A stretch of 64,000 bases of DNA from a candidate division Kazan bacterium GW2011_GWA1_50_15. GTDB taxonomy: Bacteria > Patescibacteriota > Kazan-3B-28. Positions 26,401 to 33,869 of the stretch are shown here, one piece after another. Where the stretch lies: assembly GCA_001029795.1 (NCBI GenBank), contig CP011216.1, positions 70,903 to 134,902 of the forward strand, in the 5' to 3' direction. The notes beneath the pieces were generated by a model that saw nothing but the letters and a program-made list of their open reading frames with translations, was not told where the DNA came from and ran no database searches. A program made the translations under genes and the position numbers. Numbering within the stretch: the stretch's first letter is position 1; the number at the start of each line of letters is the position of its first letter.

Positions 26401-27681
26401 ATGGGGAGAAGTTTACAAAAACCTAGGGGGACGCAAGACATCCTGCCGAGTGAACAGCGGTATTGGTTTTGGGTGGAGGATACTTGGCGGGAGATAATGC
26501 TCGCGGCCGGGTTTGGTCGGATCATTACTCCCACATTTGAGGATACCGATCTGTTTGTCCGCGGAGTGGGGGAGACGACCGACATTGTCAGCAAGGAGAT
26601 CTATTCATTCAAAGATAGGAGCGGCAATGCTATCGCCTTGCGTCCAGAAGGCACAGCCGGGGTAGTGCGGTCCTATATCGAGAATGGTATGCACAAAGAG
26701 CCCCAGCCGGTGAAGTTGTATTATTTTGGGTCGATGTTTCGCTATGATCGGCCACAGGCCGGGCGGTATCGTGAGTTCTATCAGGCCGGCGTGGAACTGC
26801 TGGGCGAACTGGACCCGATCGTGGACGCGCAGATCATCGCCATCGTGATGAAATTTTACGCCAAACTGGGACTGAAAGATTTAACCGTTCAAATCAACAG
26901 TATCGGCGACGCCAAGTCGCGGCCCAAGATCCATCGGGCTCTGATAGACTTTTTGTCAGCCCATCGGCGAAGTCTGTGCGAGGACTGCAAGCGGCGGATG
27001 GCAAAAAATCCGCTCCGAGTTTTGGATTGCAAAGAAAAGTCATGCCAATCTGTTGTTGATGAAGCTGGCGGAGTAGTGTTAGACAATTTGAACACGGAAT
27101 CCAAAAATTACTTTACGAAAGTACTAGAATATTTGGATGACATGGGGGTAGAGTACGAACTGAACCCGCGGTTGGTTCGAGGGCTAGACTACTACACCCA
27201 TACTGTTTTCGAAGTCATGACTAAGACGGGCGGATTGTCGGTGGGAGCCGGCGGCCGCTACGATGGGCTGGTAAAACTGTTGGGTGGGCCCGACACCCCG
27301 GCGGTCGGTTTTGCGGTGGGGGTGGAGCGCACGATCGAGTTGGTTAAAACACAGGGTGTGAATGTCCCCGAACCGATGCGACCCAATGTATTCGTGGTGC
27401 AGTTGGGTGACGAGGCCAAAAAGAAAGCGATCTTAGTTATAGATCAGCTGGATAAGGCTGGTTACCAAGTGGCGCATGCTCTAGGGCGCGGCAGTATTAA
27501 ATCTCAATTGCGGGTTGCGGATCGGTTAGGTACTAATTTGGCGGTGATCATCGGCGAAAGAGAGGTACACAGCAAATCCGTAATTATTCGCGATCTAACC
27601 GATGGGGCGCAAGAGTCGATCATTGATCGCGACATGCTGCGTACCGTACAAAGAAAATTGAAGGAGAGAAAAAACCGATAA
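26401..27681 (+). CDS. hisS: Histidyl-tRNA synthetase
   Basis: Class II aaRS motifs with HisRS-specific RPEGTAGVVRSY; approx. 426 aa. Confidence 0.9.
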   Translation: MGRSLQKPRGTQDILPSEQRYWFWVEDTWREIMLAAGFGRIITPTFEDTDLFVRGVGETTDIVSKEIYSFKDRSGNAIALRPEGTAGVVRSYIENGMHKEPQPVKLYYFGSMFRYDRPQAGRYREFYQAGVELLGELDPIVDAQIIAIVMKFYAKLGLKDLTVQINSIGDAKSRPKIHRALIDFLSAHRRSLCEDCKRRMAKNPLRVLDCKEKSCQSVVDEAGGVVLDNLNTESKNYFTKVLEYLDDMGVEYELNPRLVRGLDYYTHTVFEVMTKTGGLSVGAGGRYDGLVKLLGGPDTPAVGFAVGVERTIELVKTQGVNVPEPMRPNVFVVQLGDEAKKKAILVIDQLDKAGYQVAHALGRGSIKSQLRVADRLGTNLAVIIGEREVHSKSVIIRDLTDGAQESIIDRDMLRTVQRKLKERKNR

Positions 27682-27701
27682 GAATCGAGTAAGCGAAAGG
27701 A

Positions 27702-28028
27702 TTGGCGATGCAGGATGACAAGTGGGAGGCCGCGCTAGATAAGATCCAGGATCAGTTCGAAGTCCTCGAGCAGGGTGAAGAAAGTTTAGAGGCAGGGCCA
27801 GGTGGCCGCGTTGAGTTTATTGTGTTTAATAGCCCGATGGGTCGGCTGAGGTTAGAGCGGACCACCAAGCCAAAAGTAATCGACAAAAAGTCATTTGGTG
27901 GGTCAAAGTACGGTGCAAGTACAGGCGTTGAGTATATATACTCCGACACCGAACAGGTCAAAACGGTTCAAGCGTTTAGGGACAGTAATGGTGAATGGCA
28001 GCCGATCGAGGCCGAAAGCTTGATCTAG
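27702..28028 (+). CDS. Hypothetical protein
   Basis: ORF with SD; no recognised domain. Confidence 0.35.
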   Translation: MAMQDDKWEAALDKIQDQFEVLEQGEESLEAGPGGRVEFIVFNSPMGRLRLERTTKPKVIDKKSFGGSKYGASTGVEYIYSDTEQVKTVQAFRDSNGEWQPIEAESLI

Positions 28029-28033
28029 TAAAC

Positions 28034-28432
28034 ATGGAACTGCGCGTTACAACTCGTGGCCATTTTGATTTCGTTGACGTGACCGATCAAGTCAACGGTC
28101 ATCTAAAAGAGGTTGGGGCGGTCGATGGCGCCGTGTTGGTTTTTGTTAAGGGGACGACGGCAAGCGTGATAGTGAACGAGAATGAGCCTGGGTTTAGAGA
28201 GGATTTGGTTAAGCACTGGCAGGCTTTGGCGCCAATCACGGGGGACTATCAGCACAACCGCAATGCTAATGACGGTAACGCCTATGCCCACATTTTAGCT
28301 ACGCTGGTAGGCAGCAGCCTGACGTTACCGATCAAGGATGGTATGCTGAATTTGGGTGTCTGGCAACGAGTTCTGATAGTCGATTTTGACGAACGGCCCC
28401 GGGAGAGGCAGCTAGTTATCCAGGTTCTTTGA
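28034..28432 (+). CDS. YjbQ/UPF0047 family protein
   Basis: MELRVTTRGHFDFVDVTDQV...ENEPGFREDL...LTLPIKDGMLNLGVWQRVL matches UPF0047. Confidence 0.7.
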   Translation: MELRVTTRGHFDFVDVTDQVNGHLKEVGAVDGAVLVFVKGTTASVIVNENEPGFREDLVKHWQALAPITGDYQHNRNANDGNAYAHILATLVGSSLTLPIKDGMLNLGVWQRVLIVDFDERPRERQLVIQVL

Positions 28433-28456
28433 AAAATTTATCAGGGAGGAGTAGAC

Positions 28457-28561
28457 GATGCAGGGGAACGATAAAAGCCTTAGTGGGTTGGTCGCGATCT
28501 ACTGCTTTGCGGTTATTGCGGTTATGGTGGTCGCCCTTATGGTGTGTCAGGCACTCAAGTA
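28457..28561 (+). CDS. Small hydrophobic peptide (34 aa), below ORF-track cutoff
   Basis: SD GGAGGAG 6 nt upstream. MQGNDKSLSGLVAIYCFAVIAVMVVALMVCQALK is a single TM helix. Confidence 0.35.
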
Positions 28562-28628
28562 GCCAAGGCTTAAGCTGTCGGATTCATAACTTGGCAAAAA
28601 TCATTCTGTCGGGAGGTGATCGCAAGTG

Positions 28629-28769
28629 ATGAAGAGTGCAGAGAATCCGGAAGAACAACCGATTGTTTCGCGTCCGGATTTTGCCGAGATGGGGTCCCTG
28701 ATGGGCCTCGTGTTTGTGGCACTAGTTATTGTGGGGGTGGTCAAGTTGATTATCCAGTGGTGGCGCTAG
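28629..28769 (+). CDS. Small membrane peptide (46 aa), below ORF-track cutoff
   Basis: SD GGAGG upstream. MKSAENPEEQPIVSRPDFAEMGSLMGLVFVALVIVGVVKLIIQWWR has a C-terminal TM helix. Confidence 0.35.
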   Translation: MKSAENPEEQPIVSRPDFAEMGSLMGLVFVALVIVGVVKLIIQWWR

Positions 28770-28810
28770 ATGGAGGTGAATTCCGCGCCAATGTCGGTTG
28801 TCCTTTATAA

Positions 28811-28837
28811 CGGGGCGTAAATTTACGCCCCGTTTTT
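28811..28837 (+). terminator. Rho-independent terminator (CGGGGCGT aaattt ACGCCCCG + TTTTT)
   Basis: 8-bp stem plus T5 directly after the two small peptide ORFs. Confidence 0.7.
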
Positions 28838-28851
28838 GATATGATACGGGC

Positions 28852-29202
28852 GTGATGGAGGATAGTATTTTTGCGCAGTTCGCGCGGGGAGAACTCAGAC
28901 CGGACAAGGTCCGGTTTGAGAATGATGAGATGCTGGCCTTTGACGATATTAATCCCGCCGCGCCGGTACACATCCTGATCATCCCAAAAGAACCGATTGC
29001 GAGCGTCGCCGAGTTGACCGAGGCGCAAGCGGGGATAGTGAGCCGGATGGTCTATCGGGCTAAGCTGCTGGCAGAGGAGCTGGGGATAGCCGAGTCGGGA
29101 TATCGGGTCAGTTTTAACGTGGGTAAGGATGGGGGCCAGATAGTACCCTATCTTCATCTGCATTTGATGGGTGGCTCCCATTCTTGGCGGGATAGGCAAT
29201 AA
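28852..29202 (+). CDS. HIT-family (histidine triad) hydrolase
   Basis: HIT motif HLHLHLMGG at the C-terminus. Confidence 0.75.
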   Translation: MMEDSIFAQFARGELRPDKVRFENDEMLAFDDINPAAPVHILIIPKEPIASVAELTEAQAGIVSRMVYRAKLLAEELGIAESGYRVSFNVGKDGGQIVPYLHLHLMGGSHSWRDRQ

Positions 29203-29241
29203 ACCCTTGATTTAGTCGGAGAAAACCGATATCCTCTTGGC

Positions 29242-29445
29242 ATGTCAACTTTTGTAAAAAGACAGGACAGAGAGAGCTTCGATGCCATGCTCCGGAGGTT
29301 CACCCGAATGGTGATAGGTAGTAAAGTTATTACCGAAGCCAAGGACCGGCAGTTCTTCAAAAAAGAGACCACACGGAGAGCGCGGCGATCTTCAGCTGTC
29401 CGGAGGGAAAAAATTAGAGCGCAGAAGCAGCGCGAACTTTATTAA
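29242..29445 (+). CDS. rpsU: 30S ribosomal protein S21
   Basis: 67 aa, basic, typical S21 C-terminal RRARRS...REKIRAQKQREL. Confidence 0.85.
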   Translation: MSTFVKRQDRESFDAMLRRFTRMVIGSKVITEAKDRQFFKKETTRRARRSSAVRREKIRAQKQRELY

Positions 29446-29449
29446 AAAA

Positions 29450-29545
29450 TCTCGAGAGGGAAACGGGAGTGCGTTTCCCTCTCGACGTTCGTGGGCAAAG
29501 CCCGTTCCGGCGTAGCCGGAACGGGCTCACTGCTCTCCCTTCCAC
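29450..29545 (+). repeat. Family-2 structured 3'-UTR repeat, copy A (after rpsU stop)
   Basis: Hairpin TCTCGAGAGGGAAAC...GTTTCCCTCTCGA (stem base is the palindrome CTCTCGAGAG), then CGTTCGTGGGCAAAGCCCGTTCCGGCGTAGCCGGAACGGGCTCACTGCTCTC. Near-identical copy at 33008. Confidence 0.65.
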
Positions 29546-29559
29546 TCATTGGAGAAAAA

Positions 29560-30006
29560 ATGGGATTAAAGGAACAAATTGCGACAGAACTGATCCAGGC
29601 GCTTAAAGCTCACGAGGGAGCTAAGGTTTCAACTCTGCGGTTACTCATGGCGGCTTTTAACAATATGGAGATAGAAAAACGCACCGCTGGCATCGCCCAG
29701 TTGGAAGACAAGGATTACCAGGCGGTGGTAAAGCGCGAGGCCAAGAAACGGCAGGAGTCGATCGAAATATATAAAACTGCCGGGAGAACCGAACTGCAGC
29801 AGAAGGAAGAGGCTGAGTTAGGGATTCTAACTAAGTATCTGCCGGCCGAGATGGGCGAGGCAGAGGTGAGGGCGATTGTGGACGCGGTGGTGGCCGAAAA
29901 GGGCACAGACAATATGGGGATGCTGATCGGCGAGGTAATGAAACGGACAGAGGGCCGAGCTGACGGCGGTTTGGTGGCCAGATTAGTGAAAGACAAACTG
30001 GGTTAG
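29560..30006 (+). CDS. GatB/YqeY domain protein
   Basis: LKAHEGAKVSTLRLLMAAFNNMEIEK typical YqeY N-terminus. Start at ATG 29560. Confidence 0.7.
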   Translation: MGLKEQIATELIQALKAHEGAKVSTLRLLMAAFNNMEIEKRTAGIAQLEDKDYQAVVKREAKKRQESIEIYKTAGRTELQQKEEAELGILTKYLPAEMGEAEVRAIVDAVVAEKGTDNMGMLIGEVMKRTEGRADGGLVARLVKDKLG

Positions 30007-30020
30007 CTGTTTGGGACGAT

Positions 30021-30479
30021 ATGGCGAGAGTGTACGTTGGCTATGACCAGTTCGGGATTACAGGGGTGGATGATGAGTTCATCCGCTTTATTTTTGATGT
30101 AGTTGTGAGTCTGGCAAAGTTAGAGCCAGAGAGTGAGATTGGGTTGGTGATAACTAACGATGTTCAGATGCAGAAGTTAAATCGTCAGTATCGCGGGAAA
30201 GATCAACCAACTAATGTGTTGTCGTTCGCGTATCACGAAACGGTTCCAAGTGATTTTATGGCCAAGGGAGATGAACACTACATCGGCGATATATATATTT
30301 CATACGAACGCGTGTTGGCGCAGGCGGAGGTCTTAAAAGTGGCTGATAAGGACGAGTTCGCTAGATTATTTGTTCATGGGTTATTTCACTTGGCGGGTAT
30401 CCATCACAATAATCCTAAGGAAGAGGCTAGGATGGAAGCGTTGGAGGATAAGGCGCTAGCGATCGTCTCTGCGGCCTGA
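30021..30479 (+). CDS. ybeY: rRNA maturation RNase YbeY
   Basis: HGLFHLAGIHH zinc-binding motif. Confidence 0.8.
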   Translation: MARVYVGYDQFGITGVDDEFIRFIFDVVVSLAKLEPESEIGLVITNDVQMQKLNRQYRGKDQPTNVLSFAYHETVPSDFMAKGDEHYIGDIYISYERVLAQAEVLKVADKDEFARLFVHGLFHLAGIHHNNPKEEARMEALEDKALAIVSAA

Positions 30480-30540
30480 TTTGGCGCTCCGGGGCAGTTT
30501 GAGCTAGAATAAGAGCAGATTTTTCGACGAATAACCATAA

Positions 30541-31761
30541 ATGAAAGAAAAGATTTCGGTCGGGATTGATATTGGTGATTCGCAGGTGGTCGCGGTGATA
30601 GGACACCGGGCCGAAGGCGAAACCCACCCCAGCATAGTCGGGGTAGGTTTGCGTGATGGATCTGGTATGCGCCGCGGAGTGATCACCGATGTAGAGGAGG
30701 CCACAGCGGCCATCGGCGGAGCGGTAGAGGACGCTGAACGAATGGCCGGTCTGCCGGTGGAGGCAGTTTACGTTTCAATATCCGGCGAACACATTAGTTC
30801 GACGAACAACAAGGGTTTGATCGCGTTAACTCGGGGTCGGGAAGACATCACCCAAGATGACGTGATGCGGGTGATCGAGACGGCCCAATCGGTCACTGTA
30901 CCGGCTAACCGAGAGATCCTCCACGTGATATCGCGGATGTTCATTGTGGATGGCCAAGAGGGGATCAAAGATCCGGTCGGGATGAGCGGCAACCGGTTGG
31001 AGGTGGATGCGCATGTGGTGACAGGCGCCAGCCCATTTATTAAAAACCTACGTCGGACGGCGGAGCAGGCCGGAGTAGCTGTAGCTAGCTTCGTGCTAAG
31101 CCCTCTAGCGGCCAGTAAGGCGGTTTTGTCGAAGAAGTCTAAGGAGCTGGGGGTGGTACTGCTGGATATTGGGGCTGGTACGACCGGACTGGTGGTGTTT
31201 GAGGAGGGGGATATCTACCACTCGGCGGTTATCCCGATCGGTTCGGCGCATATTACTTCCGATATCGCGTTGGGGCTGCGGATCGGATTGGATCTGGCCG
31301 AACGGGTCAAAGTCGAATATGGCATGGCCAGCCCGATCACACTTTCTGATAATGACAAGATCGATCTGTCGCGGATGGATCGCGATGAAGAACAAGTGGT
31401 ATCACGACGGTACGTGGCCGAGATCATTGAGGCGAGATTGGCCGAACTTTTTAACATGGTTAAATTAGAGCTTAGACGAGTTGGTCGCGACGGTATGCTG
31501 CCGGCTGGAGCGGTGTTGGTGGGTGGCGGGGCGAAACTGCCCGGTATCATTGAATCAGCCAAAGAGCATTTGGGTTTGCCAGCACAACTCGGTTTCCCCG
31601 TCGAATTAAAAGGCATGGTGGATAAATTAGACGATCCGAGGTTCGCCACATCGATCGGTTTGATGTTGTGGGGGATTGATGACGAAGAGACGAGGATGAC
31701 CTTTCCGACGGTAGATATCACTTCGATCGTGGCTCGGATCAAAGGAATCTTTTCAAAATAA
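30541..31761 (+). CDS. ftsA: Cell division protein FtsA
   Basis: Actin-like ATPase motifs (VGIDIGDSQV, LLDIGAGTT, VLVGGGAKLPG), approx. 406 aa. Confidence 0.85.
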   Translation: MKEKISVGIDIGDSQVVAVIGHRAEGETHPSIVGVGLRDGSGMRRGVITDVEEATAAIGGAVEDAERMAGLPVEAVYVSISGEHISSTNNKGLIALTRGREDITQDDVMRVIETAQSVTVPANREILHVISRMFIVDGQEGIKDPVGMSGNRLEVDAHVVTGASPFIKNLRRTAEQAGVAVASFVLSPLAASKAVLSKKSKELGVVLLDIGAGTTGLVVFEEGDIYHSAVIPIGSAHITSDIALGLRIGLDLAERVKVEYGMASPITLSDNDKIDLSRMDRDEEQVVSRRYVAEIIEARLAELFNMVKLELRRVGRDGMLPAGAVLVGGGAKLPGIIESAKEHLGLPAQLGFPVELKGMVDKLDDPRFATSIGLMLWGIDDEETRMTFPTVDITSIVARIKGIFSK

Positions 31762-31904
31762 ACCCGCACTGGAGGCTAGCATTTCAAACATCGCCTCTGG
31801 CGGTGTTTGACAGCGCGAAAAGCCGCCCCGTACAATGGTATGTCGGGTGGAACCCAGGGAGGTTTTTATATAAGTAGTTAACTAATGGAGGTCGAAGAGA
31901 GTTT

Positions 31905-33005
31905 ATGTCGACACGCAAAAGACCTACTGATGCGACATCGTCCGAGTTTAAGGAGGAGGACGTTTTCGCTCGCATTAAGGTGGTCGGTGTGGGGGGATCC
32001 GGTTGCCATGCGATCAATCGCATGATCAGCTCCCGAATTAAGGGAGTTGAGTTTGTAGCAATCAACACCGACGCGCAGGATCTTCACTATTGTGAGGCGC
32101 CTGTTAGGGTTCATATTGGCCAGACCACTACCCGTGGACTTGGCGCCGGCTCGGACCCTGAGCTGGGAAAGAAATCGGCGGAGGAGAACAAAGAGGACGT
32201 CTATAACGCCTTGAAAGACGCCGATATGGTATTTATCACTTGCGGACTTGGTGGCGGTACTGGTACCGGCGCGGCACCGATCGTGGCAGAGATCGCGCGG
32301 GAACTGGGGGCGCTCACCGTTGCAGTAGTGACGAAACCATTTTCTTTTGAAGGGCTCCGGCGCAAAAAGGTAGCCGAAGAAGGGCTATCGGAACTGCAGC
32401 CACGGGTGGACACATTGATCACTATCCCCAACGATCGCTTGTTGCAAGTGATCGACAAGAAGACATCGTTATACGATGCTTTCACGGTAGTGGATGATGT
32501 GTTGCGCCAGGGCGTGCAAGGTATCTCTGATTTGATCACCATGCATGGGATGATTAACGTCGACTTTGCCGATGTGAAAGCCATCATGCAAAATGCTGGG
32601 AGCGCTTTGATGGGTATCGGCCGCGGGACTGGCGAGAGTCGGACTCTGGAAGCGGCCAAGATGGCGATCGACTCGCCGTTACTTGAGTTATCCATCGACG
32701 GCGCAAAAGGGATTCTCTTTAATATCACCGGCGGACCGGATATGTCGATGTACGAGATCGATGAGGCGGCCAGAATTATTACGGAGGCAGCCGATCCGGA
32801 TGCCAACATCATCTTCGGTGCGGTGATTGATGAAGCGATGCAGGGCGAAGTAAAGATCACGGTCATCGCCACCGGTTTCGACGAGAACTATGGTCAGCGG
32901 CGCAAGGGCGGCAAGGCGCCCATGGCGAGAGAAGAAACCAATGGAGATATGGATGAGAAGGATACGCTGGATGTGCCGGCGTTCATTAGAAAAAAAATTA
33001 GGTAA
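31905..33005 (+). CDS. ftsZ: Cell division protein FtsZ
   Basis: Tubulin signature GGGTGTGAAP and T7 loop NVDFAD. Confidence 0.95.
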   Translation: MSTRKRPTDATSSEFKEEDVFARIKVVGVGGSGCHAINRMISSRIKGVEFVAINTDAQDLHYCEAPVRVHIGQTTTRGLGAGSDPELGKKSAEENKEDVYNALKDADMVFITCGLGGGTGTGAAPIVAEIARELGALTVAVVTKPFSFEGLRRKKVAEEGLSELQPRVDTLITIPNDRLLQVIDKKTSLYDAFTVVDDVLRQGVQGISDLITMHGMINVDFADVKAIMQNAGSALMGIGRGTGESRTLEAAKMAIDSPLLELSIDGAKGILFNITGGPDMSMYEIDEAARIITEAADPDANIIFGAVIDEAMQGEVKITVIATGFDENYGQRRKGGKAPMAREETNGDMDEKDTLDVPAFIRKKIR

Positions 33006-33007
33006 AC

Positions 33008-33103
33008 TCTCGAGAGAGGAACGGGGTGTGTTCCTCTCTCGACGTTCATGGGCAAAGCCCATTCCGGCTACGCCGGAACAAGCTCACTGCTCTCACCTCC
33101 ACC
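33008..33103 (+). repeat. Family-2 structured 3'-UTR repeat, copy B (after ftsZ stop)
   Basis: Hairpin TCGAGAGAGGAAC...GTTCCTCTCTCGA with compensatory changes vs copy A, then GGGCAAAGCCCATTCCGGCTACGCCGGAACAAGCTCACTGCTCTCAC. Confidence 0.65.
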
Positions 33104-33116
33104 TTGGAAGAGCAAA

Positions 33117-33143
33117 AGGCCGCGCCATGAGGCGGCCTTTTGG
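33117..33143 (+). terminator. Rho-independent terminator (GGCCGC gccatgag GCGGCC + TTTTGGG)
   Basis: GC stem plus T-run downstream of ftsZ and the family-2 repeat. Confidence 0.55.
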
Positions 33144-33377
33144 GTGGAGTGGGGAGCAGAGCCGCCAGGTCGAGCGAAGCGAAACTCAGCTTTTGCTGAC
33201 GGCTCGATGAGGGGAGAACACCCCCACGTTCTCCCCTCATGATGTTATGGGGATAAAAGGAGGGGATAACTAGTGTCAGAGTAGATTTGAGGGAAACACT
33301 AGATATGGGGTTAGTATTGTAGTTGCGACCACAAAATGCAGTAGTTCCTCGGTTCCTCGGCATGACAGTCAAAAAAG

Positions 33378-33860
33378 ATGAAGTGTCCACAATGTAATCA
33401 CGAAGAGAGTGCGGTAGTCGATTCGCGCGAGGCGGAGGAGGGCGGGACCATCCGCCGCCGCCGTGAATGCGTGAAATGTAAATTTCGTTTCACGACTTAC
33501 GAACGGCTGGAACACCCGCGGCTGATGGTGATAAAAAAAGACGGTTCGCGGGAACTGTTCGACCGCGGGAAGATCGCGGGGGGAATTTACAAAGCGTTTT
33601 ACAAGCGGCCAGTGGCGGCCAGCGCAATAGAAAAGATGTTGGATGAAATAGAACGCGAAGTATACGAAGCGAATCGCGATGAAATTGCGTCAGGTGAGGT
33701 TGGCGAGCTGGTGATGAGACATATCGAGCGGTTGGACCAAGTAGCTTACATCCGGTTCGCGGCGGTCTATCGGGAGTTTGCCGATCTGGATACGTTTAAG
33801 ACCGAGATCCAGAAACTAATAACCAAAAGCCATAATCAAGGCAGAATATCAACTAAATAA
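33378..33860 (+). CDS. nrdR: Transcriptional repressor NrdR
   Basis: Zn-ribbon MKCPQCNHEES...CVKCKFRFTTYE plus ATP-cone. Confidence 0.9.
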   Translation: MKCPQCNHEESAVVDSREAEEGGTIRRRRECVKCKFRFTTYERLEHPRLMVIKKDGSRELFDRGKIAGGIYKAFYKRPVAASAIEKMLDEIEREVYEANRDEIASGEVGELVMRHIERLDQVAYIRFAAVYREFADLDTFKTEIQKLITKSHNQGRISTK

Positions 33861-33869
33861 GGATGAGAT

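Noticed and set aside
33290-33377. NrdR box upstream of nrdR-nrdJ
   Set aside because: Only weak partial palindromes (CCACAAAATGCAGTAGTT) are present. I could not identify a convincing 16-bp NrdR-box pair by eye
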